Assembly: GCA_039818205.1 (NCBI GenBank)
Contig: JBCBUK010000003.1
Location: 192,001-256,000, forward strand
DNA from: Verrucomicrobiota bacterium
GTDB lineage: Bacteria; Verrucomicrobiota; Verrucomicrobiia; Opitutales; Cerasicoccaceae
DNA length: 64,000 nt
Direction: 5' to 3'
How positions within the stretch are numbered: position 1 is the first letter of the stretch; every line of letters begins with the position of its first letter. Below the pieces are notes generated by a model, which was given only the letters and a program-made list of their open reading frames with translations, had not been told where the DNA came from and made no database searches. A program made the translations under genes and the position numbers. Positions 39,882-49,212 of this stretch are shown piece by piece.

Positions 39882-40865
39882 TTATTGTGAAGCAGATAAC
39901 CTGCCGTTTAAGCCGCTTTGCGGGGCTTGTCCACCGAGAGCCCGGGTAATTGTCGTGACGTTGTGGTCGATCATGCCGATATAAGTACCTTCGTAGGTGC
40001 CGGCCGGACCCATAGCATCTGAGAAGAGCTCACCGCCAATTGCCAATTGGTGCCCTTGGGCGCGTGCGCCTTCGATAAGGGCCCGCACATTCTTATCGGA
40101 AACCGATGTTTCCACAAAGACTGCTGGTATCTTGTTTTTCACTAGAAAGCTTACAAGGCGCTCTATGTCACGAACACCGGCCTCGGACTCGGTGCTCAAG
40201 CCTTGGATACCCCGAACCTCGACACCGTAGGCACGGCCGAGGTAGCTGAACGCATCGTGAGCGGTTACCAGGTGGCGCTGGCTTTCGGGAATGGAGGCGA
40301 TGGATTCCTTTGCGTAGGCATCGAGTTTCTCCAACGACTCAACGTAAGCCGTGGCATTGCGATGGTAGTATTTTGAATTCTTCGGGTCAAAATCGCTAAG
40401 CGCTTTCGCGACGACTTGTGTCGCAACAATCCATCCTTGGACGTCCATCCAAACATGCGGGTCGTAGTGGTTGGCATCATCCGTAATGACATAGTTGCCT
40501 TGATCGAGGATGTCTTCCGTGACTGCGTAAACCGGCTTTCCCTTGCGGGCGATGCGCATCAAAACGTCCGCCATCTTTCCTTCGAGCATCAGGCCATTGT
40601 AGAACACAATGTCGGCCTTGCTGAGTTCGACGACATCTCGCCGGGACGGCTGGTAAAGGTGCGGATCGATTCCTTCACCAATGATGCCTTCAACCTGTGC
40701 TTTTTCCCCGGCCACGTTGCGGACAATGTCGGTGATCATGCCGACCGTCGTGACGGCCGTGTAGGGATATCGCTTCGGTGCGGCGCCGGAAGTGCTTGGG
40801 CCAACCAAGAAGATGATCAAAGCGACAAGGAGCCACTGAATTGTAGAGAGTTTAATGAATTTCAT
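39882..40865 (-). CDS. Metal ABC transporter substrate-binding protein, TroA/MntA-like
   Basis: GIDPHLY, DPHVWMD, TAHDAF, ELFSDAMG (His/His/His/Asp ligand set as in TroA). Confidence 0.95.
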   Translation of the reverse strand: MKFIKLSTIQWLLVALIIFLVGPSTSGAAPKRYPYTAVTTVGMITDIVRNVAGEKAQVEGIIGEGIDPHLYQPSRRDVVELSKADIVFYNGLMLEGKMADVLMRIARKGKPVYAVTEDILDQGNYVITDDANHYDPHVWMDVQGWIVATQVVAKALSDFDPKNSKYYHRNATAYVESLEKLDAYAKESIASIPESQRHLVTAHDAFSYLGRAYGVEVRGIQGLSTESEAGVRDIERLVSFLVKNKIPAVFVETSVSDKNVRALIEGARAQGHQLAIGGELFSDAMGPAGTYEGTYIGMIDHNVTTITRALGGQAPQSGLNGRLSASQ

Positions 40866-40888
40866 GGTGCTGTTTTAAAAGGATCTGG

Positions 40889-42193
40889 CTAAAATACCAT
40901 TTCGGCCCGAACGCCGAGGACGAGAGCATCTTGATTGCTATAGTGCGGATCAAAAATATACTGAAGGTCGGGCTGAATCGCTAACCATTGTGCAAGCGGC
41001 ATTTCGTAGGTGGCCTCGATAATGGTCTCGGTTGTCGATACCGGAGTGCCATTGGCACGGCTATCATTGAGGTAGTCATCCGCAAAAATCGTGTGGGCTA
41101 CGCCAAGGCCGAATTTGTCCGTTGGCCAGATTATCTTCTCAACAACTAGGCCAGCTTCAATAGATGCAGCAACGGTTGCGAGCGTATCATCAGGTGTTGC
41201 ACCACCACGCATAAAAAAGCCGAGGCCGAGTGGGTCATCCTTGGGGTCGAGTAGGTTGTGGTCGATCTGAACGTAGACGGCTCCCAGGCCGTTCTCGGCC
41301 GACCCGTTGGCAAAACTCGTAAACTCCCCGGTTGCATAGAAGCCACCCAAGGTGAGTTCGCCGTGTCCGACGAGTTGGTATTCAAATCCTAGTTCACCAA
41401 ACCAAGCCCAGCCTGCGCCACCTCCAGCGCGCCAACTAAATCCATGGTTGTTGGATTGCACTGGTCCGGCATCGCCCGCGTAGATTGCAGTTTGCAGTGT
41501 TACTCCGTCAACGGCTCGCACGTGGATGTAAGCGCCCGGCGCCGCCAACGGAAAAATCGGTGCTGGAATGTTGCCCGATTCCAACGACGGGGTGCCAAAG
41601 GCTGAGTTGACAAACACGTCGGCATTGTCGGCGACCATGAAGTCGTCGTCGGCCGCGATCTGGCCAACCTTCATTCGGATCTTCCCCTCGAATAGGTGTT
41701 GCTGGAAAAAGATGTTGAACACGTTGATGTCTGTATCTGTGTAGATATTGCTGACGCCATTGAAGTCTCCAACGTAATCACTGCTCAGGTCGTTCCCGCG
41801 AAAATAATAGGTATTCGTAAAGAAACTTGCGCCAGGCCATCCGACCAATGATTCGAGATTCAGTTCGATGCCGAAATCAATGATCCCATTCCAAGCCGAG
41901 CCCGTGGAAATTCCGCCATCCACGTTGGCTAAAAATTCTCCCGTGAATGTTGCGAATGGATGAATCCCATGGTTGGCGAGATCTTTGCGCCAGCCAAACC
42001 AATGGCCCGTCAGTCCGTTCTGTTGAAAATATTCCTTTCCAAAGGCATCGCTAATCAACCAGGTCTCGACGGCCAACTCGTTATCTTCTTGAGCTGGAGC
42101 CGAAGATACGCAGGTAGCCGCTACTAGTAAAGCGAATGCGGTATGGCGCCGGCTCTGATTGCTGATCGTTGGCTGAAAATTCGATGAGAACAT
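40889..42193 (-). CDS. OprB-family (carbohydrate-selective type) porin
   Basis: Signal peptide; LTGHWFGWR..LA.HG, KVGQ...DDDF, IQPDLQYI..P, C-terminal Phe. Confidence 0.88.
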   Translation of the reverse strand: MFSSNFQPTISNQSRRHTAFALLVAATCVSSAPAQEDNELAVETWLISDAFGKEYFQQNGLTGHWFGWRKDLANHGIHPFATFTGEFLANVDGGISTGSAWNGIIDFGIELNLESLVGWPGASFFTNTYYFRGNDLSSDYVGDFNGVSNIYTDTDINVFNIFFQQHLFEGKIRMKVGQIAADDDFMVADNADVFVNSAFGTPSLESGNIPAPIFPLAAPGAYIHVRAVDGVTLQTAIYAGDAGPVQSNNHGFSWRAGGGAGWAWFGELGFEYQLVGHGELTLGGFYATGEFTSFANGSAENGLGAVYVQIDHNLLDPKDDPLGLGFFMRGGATPDDTLATVAASIEAGLVVEKIIWPTDKFGLGVAHTIFADDYLNDSRANGTPVSTTETIIEATYEMPLAQWLAIQPDLQYIFDPHYSNQDALVLGVRAEMVF

Positions 42194-42206
42194 GACTACT
42201 TCTTTG

Positions 42207-42246
42207 AATGTAGCATAGGCTACATTGTGTGTGTAGCATGAGCTAC
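42207..42246. promoter_or_regulatory. Tandem MntR/DtxR-type operator boxes
   Basis: Perfect palindrome AATGTAGC-ATAG-GCTACATT (42207-42226) and a second GTAGC-ATGA-GCTAC (42233-42246) between the divergent porin operon and mntR; core TAGC-N4-GCTA matches the E. coli MntR box. Confidence 0.85.
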
Positions 42247-42291
42247 GTTATTTCCTTGTCAATCGTCTTTGTTCCAATTTCTATCGCGACA

Positions 42292-42714
42292 ATGGCAACC
42301 GGAGTAGACCCCAAGAGCGCCGCCCGACGGCATGAACGTGTGCGAAAGCAGCATTCAGATGAACTCGCTCAGGACTACGTGGAGGCCATTCACGAGCTTA
42401 TCGAATCGGGTAAGCCTGCCCGAGTAACAGATCTCCAGAGTGTTTTTGGTGTGTCTCATGTGTCGGTCGTGCGGGCACTGCAGCGTTTTGAGAAACGTGG
42501 ACTATTGGACCGCTCAAGCGGTGACGGCGTTCAGTTGACTGATTTGGGTCGGAAAATGGCTACCGAGGCTGCTGCTCGGCACCAGTTGGTGGTCGACTTC
42601 TTGCGCAAACTTGGGGTTTCGCACGCGCAGGCGAATGCGGATGCAGAAGGCTTGGAACATCACTTGAGCGATGAGTCGCTCGCGGCTTTACGAAAGTTTG
42701 TCGACGGGGAATAG
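42292..42714 (+). CDS. mntR: Manganese-dependent transcriptional regulator (DtxR/MntR family)
   Basis: RHERVRKQH, QDYVEAI, ARVTDL...FGVSH.SV, RHQLVVDFL, DAEGLEHHLS; start at MATGVD. Confidence 0.88.
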   Translation: MATGVDPKSAARRHERVRKQHSDELAQDYVEAIHELIESGKPARVTDLQSVFGVSHVSVVRALQRFEKRGLLDRSSGDGVQLTDLGRKMATEAAARHQLVVDFLRKLGVSHAQANADAEGLEHHLSDESLAALRKFVDGE

Positions 42715-42790
42715 TTCTGGGGTGGAAAGCGGTCCAATTTGTTGGTTGATTTGCTTGTCACGTTAGGAGAAAGCCAATTGGAATTGGCTC

Positions 42791-43450
42791 ATGTCTTTAA
42801 ACCTCACTAGCGCCGAGATCCGGGTACTGGGATGCCTCATTGAGAAAGAGCGCACCACTCCGGAACAATATCCACTTAGTTTAAATAGTCTTCGATTGGC
42901 TTGCAACCAGAAGACCAGCCGGCATCCCGTGGTGGATTACGATGAGGATGAGGTAACGATGGCCCTGGAGGGGCTTCGTGACCAGGGGCTTGTTTACTTT
43001 GTCAGGCAAAGTGGAGCGCGTGTTACCAAGTTTCGTCATGATCTGGCCGACAAGTTCTCACTCGATGCGCGGGAAACAAGTGTGTTGGCCGTTCTGTTTT
43101 TGCGCGGACCGCAAACCGTGGGAGAGCTCCGTACGAGGACGGAGCGTCTCTACGGATTCCCGAGTTTGGAGGCGATTGAGGAAACGCTGCGGGCGTTAGC
43201 TGAGACGGCCGATTGGCCCATGGTGCGCGAGCAGCCTCGGCGTATGGGCCAAAAGGAAACTCGTTTCGAGCACCTTTGGGGCGATGTCGTGGAGCAACCA
43301 GCAGAGGAGGCCGAGGAAGCAGTGATTTCGAGCCCGCGTCCTAGTCGTGATGCGGAAGTTAGCGAGTTGAAGGAGGAGGTTGCGGCGTTGCGGGAACAAG
43401 TCCAGGCTCTCGAGGCGCGTTTTAGCGCGTTTGAGTCGCAGTTCCAGTAG
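42791..43450 (+). CDS. YceH / DUF480 family protein
   Basis: EIRVLGCLIEKERTTPEQYPLSLNSL..ACNQKTSR.PV, LRGPQT.GELR. Confidence 0.93.
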   Translation: MSLNLTSAEIRVLGCLIEKERTTPEQYPLSLNSLRLACNQKTSRHPVVDYDEDEVTMALEGLRDQGLVYFVRQSGARVTKFRHDLADKFSLDARETSVLAVLFLRGPQTVGELRTRTERLYGFPSLEAIEETLRALAETADWPMVREQPRRMGQKETRFEHLWGDVVEQPAEEAEEAVISSPRPSRDAEVSELKEEVAALREQVQALEARFSAFESQFQ

Positions 43451-44552
43451 TCCCATCTGTTGACCGATTGTAGCTAAACCATCGGTCTTTCAGTGATAGA
43501 ATTGGTTTCTCAAACCAACGAAACGACAGGCTCGCCAGAAGAACGGTGAGCACAGTGAAGAGGGGGAGTTTGATGATCCAGGAATGATACTCCAGGACTG
43601 CCAGTTTTCCAAAAGATTCGAAGGGGATTTTTGTCCAAACCGGGTCAAAAATATAGGTGGTGAATGTATGCCCTAAGGGCCAGTGAAATAGGTAGATTCC
43701 GTAGGATATTGAACCGATGTAGACAATCAAACGATGGGTTAGGAAGCGTTGTATTAACGGTAGGTGAAATTCAAACTGAGTTGCTTTAATCACCAAGTAG
43801 AGTGAGCATATCCCGAAGACTGGAAAGGGGAGCGGAAGGTGTTTCATGAATGCGAGGTAACCGACCAAGGTCATGATGACCACGAGTTCGATATACCACT
43901 TATTGAAGAGAAACTTTGGAACCTGCCAGTTGGTGACAATGATGGCACCAAGTGCTCCGATGCCCAGAGAGCCCATGCGGTTGGGCAGGCCTGTATACGC
44001 AAATGGTTTTAGCGCGGCGATGAAATGGGTTGTCTGCTGAAGGTATCCTAAAACCACGACGGCAGCGGTGATACCCAGCAATGCTTTGGGTTTGCTGCGA
44101 AGGCCAATTGCCACAAAGGGCCAGATCAGATAGAACTGCTCTTCTACTGAAAGTGACCATAGGTAGAACAAGGGCTGCTCAATACCTGTCTGCTTTACGA
44201 GCGCTGTATGGTAGTTGAAGGTATAGGTCGCCAGCCAAGGAAATGCCTCTCGGGCTGTGGGGAAATTGATGACGGCCAACAAAATGATGACCAGATAATA
44301 AAGGGGGAAAATCCGAAGCATTCTCCGTCCCATAAAAATGCGATAGCTTTCGCCAAAACTATGGTCTCGGTCCTTGATCAAAATCCCGGTGATCAGAAAG
44401 CCGCTGACAACAAAAAACAGGTCGACGCCGTAGTATCCAGTGCTAAAAAATTTAACCAGATAGCCTCCGAAATGTTGGAATATAACAAACGCGATTGCGA
44501 CCGTGCGTAGGCCATCTAGGCACGGACTGTAGCGTAGAATGCCGCCTTTCAT
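43422..44552 (-). CDS. Acyltransferase-3 (OafA-like) membrane O-acyltransferase
   Basis: LDGLR, GVDLFFVVSGFLIT, RR.LRIFPLY, WSLSVEEQFY, ISYGIYLFH, FEKP. Confidence 0.93.
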   Translation of the reverse strand: MKGGILRYSPCLDGLRTVAIAFVIFQHFGGYLVKFFSTGYYGVDLFFVVSGFLITGILIKDRDHSFGESYRIFMGRRMLRIFPLYYLVIILLAVINFPTAREAFPWLATYTFNYHTALVKQTGIEQPLFYLWSLSVEEQFYLIWPFVAIGLRSKPKALLGITAAVVVLGYLQQTTHFIAALKPFAYTGLPNRMGSLGIGALGAIIVTNWQVPKFLFNKWYIELVVIMTLVGYLAFMKHLPLPFPVFGICSLYLVIKATQFEFHLPLIQRFLTHRLIVYIGSISYGIYLFHWPLGHTFTTYIFDPVWTKIPFESFGKLAVLEYHSWIIKLPLFTVLTVLLASLSFRWFEKPILSLKDRWFSYNRSTDGTTGTATQTR

Positions 44553-44729
44553 TTATTGATGTCTTTTCAGTAGTGTTATCGTAGCAGTGATTTTATCGAC
44601 GCTGTGTTTATGCTGGGACCGATCTTGTTTGGAAAGGATTTAATCTCGGAAGACTGTCAGATTGCGATAATTCGAGGTGAGATTAGCCCAGGTTGAGTGA
44701 ACCCATACCGTGACTTCTACTTGGCTGGT

Positions 44730-44777
44730 TGACTAAATATGGGGGTGACTTGGGTTGTTTGGCACTAAATATAGAGA
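44730..44777 (+). promoter_or_regulatory. Tandem NrdR boxes
   Basis: TGACTAAATATGGGGG (44730-44745) and GCACTAAATATAGAGA (44762-44777), 32 bp apart, fit acaCwAtATaTwGtgt, directly upstream of nrdD. Confidence 0.75.
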
Positions 44778-44794
44778 ATGAACCAAGCAAGCCA

Positions 44795-47095
44795 ATGAAT
44801 ATGAAACTCGAATCAACCTCCCTCCAATCTGATCGGGACGCTGAATCGCCAGCAAGCTCGACTCACTTTTGCGAACCCTCATTGTTTTCCGTATCCGATG
44901 CTGAACAACAATCGCTCGAGGCATTTCTTAGCGTGAATGCGTGTCGATTTCGGACAATCCGTAAACGCGACGGACGAACCGTCGCGTTTGATCCGTGGCG
45001 AGTGGTTGCAGCGATGGAGCGATCCGGGAAAGCCGTCGATGAATTCGGACGCTCCGAAGCGGTTCGCTTTGCAATCCAAGTGATCAAACGAGCCGAAGAA
45101 CGTTTGGCAACCACGCGGCCAAGCGTCGAAGACATTCAAGATATTGCCGAGGATGTTCTGCTGGCATCGCCATACCGCAAAGCTGCTAAGGGATTCATTA
45201 TCTATCGTGATCAGCATGCAAGGCGGCGAGAGATGCAGCAACAAGCGAAGACGGATATCGTCCAGCAGTATCTCAAGAAGCTGGATTGGCAGGTGCGGGA
45301 AAACAGCAACATGGCCTATTCTTTGCAGGGGCTGAACAACTACATTTCGTCCGGGGTAAGCCAGAGCTTCTGGATGCAGGAGGTCTATACGCCGCAAATT
45401 GAAGCAGCTCATGAATCGGGGGAATTCCATATCCACGACACCAACCAACTCAGCGTTTATTGCGTCGGGTGGGACCTCTACCAATTGCTAAGTGTTGGTT
45501 TCCGAGGCGTTCCCGGTAAGGTGGAATCGGGCCCCGCCAAGCACTTGCGCAGTGCGCTTGGGCAGGTCGTTAATTTTTTCTACACGCTGCAAGGTGAAGC
45601 TGCCGGCGCTCAGGCTTTTAGTAGCTTCGATACCTTGTTGGCGCCGTTCATCCGCTACGATGGGCTGGGTTATCGAGAGGTGAAGCAGATCATTCAAGAG
45701 TTCATCTTCAACGTTAACGTGCCCACTCGGGTTGGTTTTCAAAGTCCCTTCACGAACATCACCTTGGACCTCACGTGTCCCGGACACTACCGAGACCAGC
45801 CTGTGTTGCGCGGGGGCGAATATATGCCGGAAAAATATGGTGAGTTTCAGGCTGAAATGTACCTCTTTAACCGTGCCTTTTTTGAAATTATGACCGAAGG
45901 CGATGCTGGCGGGCGCCTTTTTTCTTTCCCAATTCCAACCATCAACCTGACCGCCGACTTCGACTGGGAAAACCCCAACCTGGAAGGCTTATGGGAAATG
46001 ACCGGCAAATATGGGATCCCTTATTTTTCGAACTTTATCAACTCCGATATGAGCCCGGATGATGCCCGATCGATGTGCTGCCGGTTGCGTATCGACAACA
46101 CTCAGCTTGAGCGACGGGGTGGGGGACTTTTTGGAGCGCATCCGCTCACGGGGAGCATTGGGGTTGTAACGCTCAATCTGCCTCGCATTGCTTTTCAAGC
46201 AAAGTCGCGTGCGGGCTTTTTTAAATTGCTGAAACAGCGGATGGACCTCGCGCAGGATAGCCTGGAGATCAAGCGCAAGCTTTTGGAACAGCTCACCGCG
46301 TCGGGCTTGTACCCATACACTCAATACTACTTGAGCGATATGCGTGAGCGTCACGGTGTGTATTGGAAGAATCACTTTTCCACGATTGGCCTGGTGGGAA
46401 TGAACGAGGCCTGCGTGAACTTGTTTGGGCGGGATATTGCCTCACCCAGCGGTCAGGCCTTTGCCTCTGAGGTCCTGACGTTTATGCGCGAGCGTTTAGT
46501 CAGCTATCAGAATCAAACGGGGAATCACTATAACCTGGAGGCATCGCCTGCGGAAGGAACTTCGATGCGCCTGGCCCTCAAGGATCAGGAGCGTTTTCCT
46601 GGCATCGTTTGCGCGAATCCGGCTGAGGTTTTGCAGGGTGGTGCGCCCTATTACACGAACAGCACCCATCTGCCGGTGAATCATACCGATGATCCCTTCG
46701 AGGTCCTCGATCATCAGGAGGAGACGCAGTGCCTCTATACGGGTGGAACGGTGATTCATTTGTTCTTGGGTGAGCGAGTGTCAGACCCCGTTGCGGTGCG
46801 TGAGTTTGTGCGAATCGTCGCGACCAGTTATCGTCTGCCGTATTTTTCGCTAACACCAACCTTTAGCGTTTGCCCCTCGCACGGATACCTAGCCGGAGAG
46901 CACCCAAAATGTCCACATTGTGGTTCCGAGACCGAGGTCTACTCCCGAATTGTTGGATACCTGCGTCCCGTTTCTCAATGGAACGACGGGAAGCAGGCGG
47001 AGTTTAGAAGACGGGCTTCATTGCGCTTCAATGTTACGAAAGGGTTACGAAAAGTGTTTACCTCGCCGCAACAATCGCTATTATTGAACTTATGA
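44795..47095 (+). CDS. nrdD: Anaerobic (class III) ribonucleoside-triphosphate reductase with ATP cone
   Basis: ATP cone (IRKRDGR, VEDIQD), FHIHD, RSMCCRL, TGSIGVVT, PAEG, YYTNS, CPSH/CPHC, glycyl-radical YSRIVGYLRPV; start 44795 or 44801. Confidence 0.95.
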   Translation: MNMKLESTSLQSDRDAESPASSTHFCEPSLFSVSDAEQQSLEAFLSVNACRFRTIRKRDGRTVAFDPWRVVAAMERSGKAVDEFGRSEAVRFAIQVIKRAEERLATTRPSVEDIQDIAEDVLLASPYRKAAKGFIIYRDQHARRREMQQQAKTDIVQQYLKKLDWQVRENSNMAYSLQGLNNYISSGVSQSFWMQEVYTPQIEAAHESGEFHIHDTNQLSVYCVGWDLYQLLSVGFRGVPGKVESGPAKHLRSALGQVVNFFYTLQGEAAGAQAFSSFDTLLAPFIRYDGLGYREVKQIIQEFIFNVNVPTRVGFQSPFTNITLDLTCPGHYRDQPVLRGGEYMPEKYGEFQAEMYLFNRAFFEIMTEGDAGGRLFSFPIPTINLTADFDWENPNLEGLWEMTGKYGIPYFSNFINSDMSPDDARSMCCRLRIDNTQLERRGGGLFGAHPLTGSIGVVTLNLPRIAFQAKSRAGFFKLLKQRMDLAQDSLEIKRKLLEQLTASGLYPYTQYYLSDMRERHGVYWKNHFSTIGLVGMNEACVNLFGRDIASPSGQAFASEVLTFMRERLVSYQNQTGNHYNLEASPAEGTSMRLALKDQERFPGIVCANPAEVLQGGAPYYTNSTHLPVNHTDDPFEVLDHQEETQCLYTGGTVIHLFLGERVSDPVAVREFVRIVATSYRLPYFSLTPTFSVCPSHGYLAGEHPKCPHCGSETEVYSRIVGYLRPVSQWNDGKQAEFRRRASLRFNVTKGLRKVFTSPQQSLLLNL

Positions 47096-47778
47096 AGTTC
47101 GGTGGGCTAGTATCAAATTCTCTAATTGATTTTCCTGGCCGCCCAGCGATGATTGCGTTCACGCAGGGGTGTAACTGGTTATGCCCATTTTGCCACAATC
47201 CACGGCTCATTTCCAAACGCTCTCTCAGCACGATTGAGGGAGAGTCGATCATCAAACTGGTTGCAAAACGCCCCGAGGGTGCCCGAAACTTAGTTATCAC
47301 TGGCGGAGAACCGACAATCCAACCGGAGCTGTTGGACTTTCTCGATTCTTGCCGTAATACGGAGATACGGGTCAAATTGGACACCAACGGTAGTCAATCC
47401 GAGATCTTGCAAACGGTCATTGAGGAGAACCTGGTGGACTACGTGGCCATGGACGTCAAGGGACCGATTGATCGCTACGAAGAACTTGTTGGTTGCGAAT
47501 GTGACTGTGACGCCATCCGACGCTCAATTCAGCTTTTGAAACGGGTCGCGATCGACTACGAGTTTCGGACCACGGTTGTTCCGGCGCTACATCGAGAAGC
47601 CGATTTCAGAAAGCTCGGTGAGCTCCTCAAAGGCGGGAAGCGATTGGTGTTGCAAGCCTTTCGGCCCCATAGGGTTTTGGAGCCCGAGCTTCGGGATTCT
47701 GCGCCACCGACCGATCTTGATCTAGCCCACTATGGCAAGATACTGAATGCCTATTTGCGAACCGAGATTCGCAAATAG
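47092..47778 (+). CDS. nrdG: Class III RNR activating radical SAM enzyme
   Basis: SLIDFPG, GCNWLCPFCHN, ITGGEPT, KLDTNG, YEFRTT; ATGA overlap with nrdD. Confidence 0.93.
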   Translation: MKFGGLVSNSLIDFPGRPAMIAFTQGCNWLCPFCHNPRLISKRSLSTIEGESIIKLVAKRPEGARNLVITGGEPTIQPELLDFLDSCRNTEIRVKLDTNGSQSEILQTVIEENLVDYVAMDVKGPIDRYEELVGCECDCDAIRRSIQLLKRVAIDYEFRTTVVPALHREADFRKLGELLKGGKRLVLQAFRPHRVLEPELRDSAPPTDLDLAHYGKILNAYLRTEIRK

Positions 47779-47779
47779 A

Positions 47780-47813
47780 ACGAGGCCCGGGCGTGTTAGC
47801 CGACGGGCCTCGT
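47780..47813. terminator. Stem-loop between convergent nrdG and the small basic protein gene
   Basis: ACGAGGCCCG (47780-47789) pairs with CGGGCCTCGT (47804-47813); no strong U-tract. Confidence 0.55.
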
Positions 47814-47839
47814 AGAGGGGGGAGAATGAAAATTGCTCC

Positions 47840-47998
47840 TTATTCCGGTGGCAAAGTCTTGCGCAAACCGGTAACGCGGTCACCTTCTTTCCACTGACCA
47901 CGGGATTTGAGGACGTCGACGCGTTCAAAGCGCTTCAATACACTGCGCTTCTTCAGAGCGGCAGCGGCGCCTTTCTTAAAACTTGGATGCTGTGACAT
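47840..47998 (-). CDS. PVC-superphylum small basic (signature) protein, 52 aa (not in ORF track)
   Basis: Hand translation: MSQHPSFKKGAAAALKKRSVLKRFERVDVLKSRGQWKEGDRVTGLRKTLPPE; matches the MSxHxS...RxVLKRxER...GxW...VxGLxK family. Confidence 0.9.
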   Translation of the reverse strand: MSQHPSFKKGAAAALKKRSVLKRFERVDVLKSRGQWKEGDRVTGLRKTLPPE

Positions 47999-48184
47999 GG
48001 TTCTACGAATTCATATGGTGAAAAACGGGCCATAATCGGGTTTGTCGACCGCTTGGCAAGGAAAAAAGATGGGCGATAGTGAAACCCAGAGATCTTAAGA
48101 ATGCCTTGAATCTTGGTTTTTCATTATGAGAAGGTGCCGAACATTTAGCTGGCGTTTCCCGCATATTGAAAACTGGCTGAGGAT

Positions 48185-48847
48185 CTACGCCTCGTTGGAA
48201 GGCTTTTCTACGCGTGCGGTCTCTTTGCGACGACGATTGTAAATTAGTGCGCCAATCGCTGTGATTCCGAGGCCCGACATCACTACCGAGGACGCCTCTG
48301 GTATCGCTGCGACGCCAATATTGTATTGGATCGAGCCATTCCAGACCCGTGGGTTGCGAGTGATTGAGAACGGGTATAATTTCCCGACTCCAAGGTCCAA
48401 TTGTAAATCAGAATTGGTGTAAGTTTGATTGGAGCCATTGCCATTTGTGTAGGAAAGGTTCCACGCTGCGGCGTTGTTTACGGTAATGTATATTCCAGTG
48501 ACGGCACCTGCCGGTAAGACAAAATCAGTGACATCAACCACTTGCGGTCCGGTGGCCTCGAGCAGTGATGTCGTGGAGACTAGTGTCCAGGCGGCTGGAT
48601 TCGTTTCGAAGCCAAGGTAGGAACCGGGTTTGGTATATACTTCCAAATCCGACGCACCCATGGCATCTGCAACATTTACCGTCAAGGAGGTAACGGTCAA
48701 CGGATTAGCGAAGACGGTGGCGTCAAACATGTTGCCACTTAGTTGATTACCGCCACTGAAAGTGGTTGTAATGATTGCGGCGTTAGCGGTTAACGAAAGA
48801 GTCGCGAATGAGAGTGTCAGAATCGTGGTTTTCAAAGCAGCTCGCAT
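48185..48847 (-). CDS. PEP-CTERM sorting-domain surface protein
   Basis: Signal peptide ending ANA, Thr/Asn-rich beta domain, IPEASS + TM + RRRK; start at MRAALK. Confidence 0.88.
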   Translation of the reverse strand: MRAALKTTILTLSFATLSLTANAAIITTTFSGGNQLSGNMFDATVFANPLTVTSLTVNVADAMGASDLEVYTKPGSYLGFETNPAAWTLVSTTSLLEATGPQVVDVTDFVLPAGAVTGIYITVNNAAAWNLSYTNGNGSNQTYTNSDLQLDLGVGKLYPFSITRNPRVWNGSIQYNIGVAAIPEASSVVMSGLGITAIGALIYNRRRKETARVEKPSNEA

Positions 48848-49212
48848 TGGGCTCTTTCTTCTCATTACAGTCAAGGTTGATTTGTGGTAAAATAATAAAC
48901 TTTGTGAGGTTAGGTTCGAGGAGTCCATCTGTATGGGTTTTTTTATTTAAGGTGCGCTACGACTTAGTTCATCTGTGGTGCATTTTATCGGACCTTGACA
49001 TAGGGGGCGTTCTTCCTATTGCTATTCCTTTAATGTTTACCACGAAACATGTCAACCGTTGGACCGTCGTTGTGCTTATTAAGCGCAGGGGGGCTCTTGC
49101 TGCGGGTTGACAAAACCTTCGACCAGGAGCGCCTTTTTACGGATGACTCCTGGTGACACGAAATAAAGTAGCTGGTTGATCATTCGAAAAAGTAGGGCCC
49201 TCCCTCGTTTCA

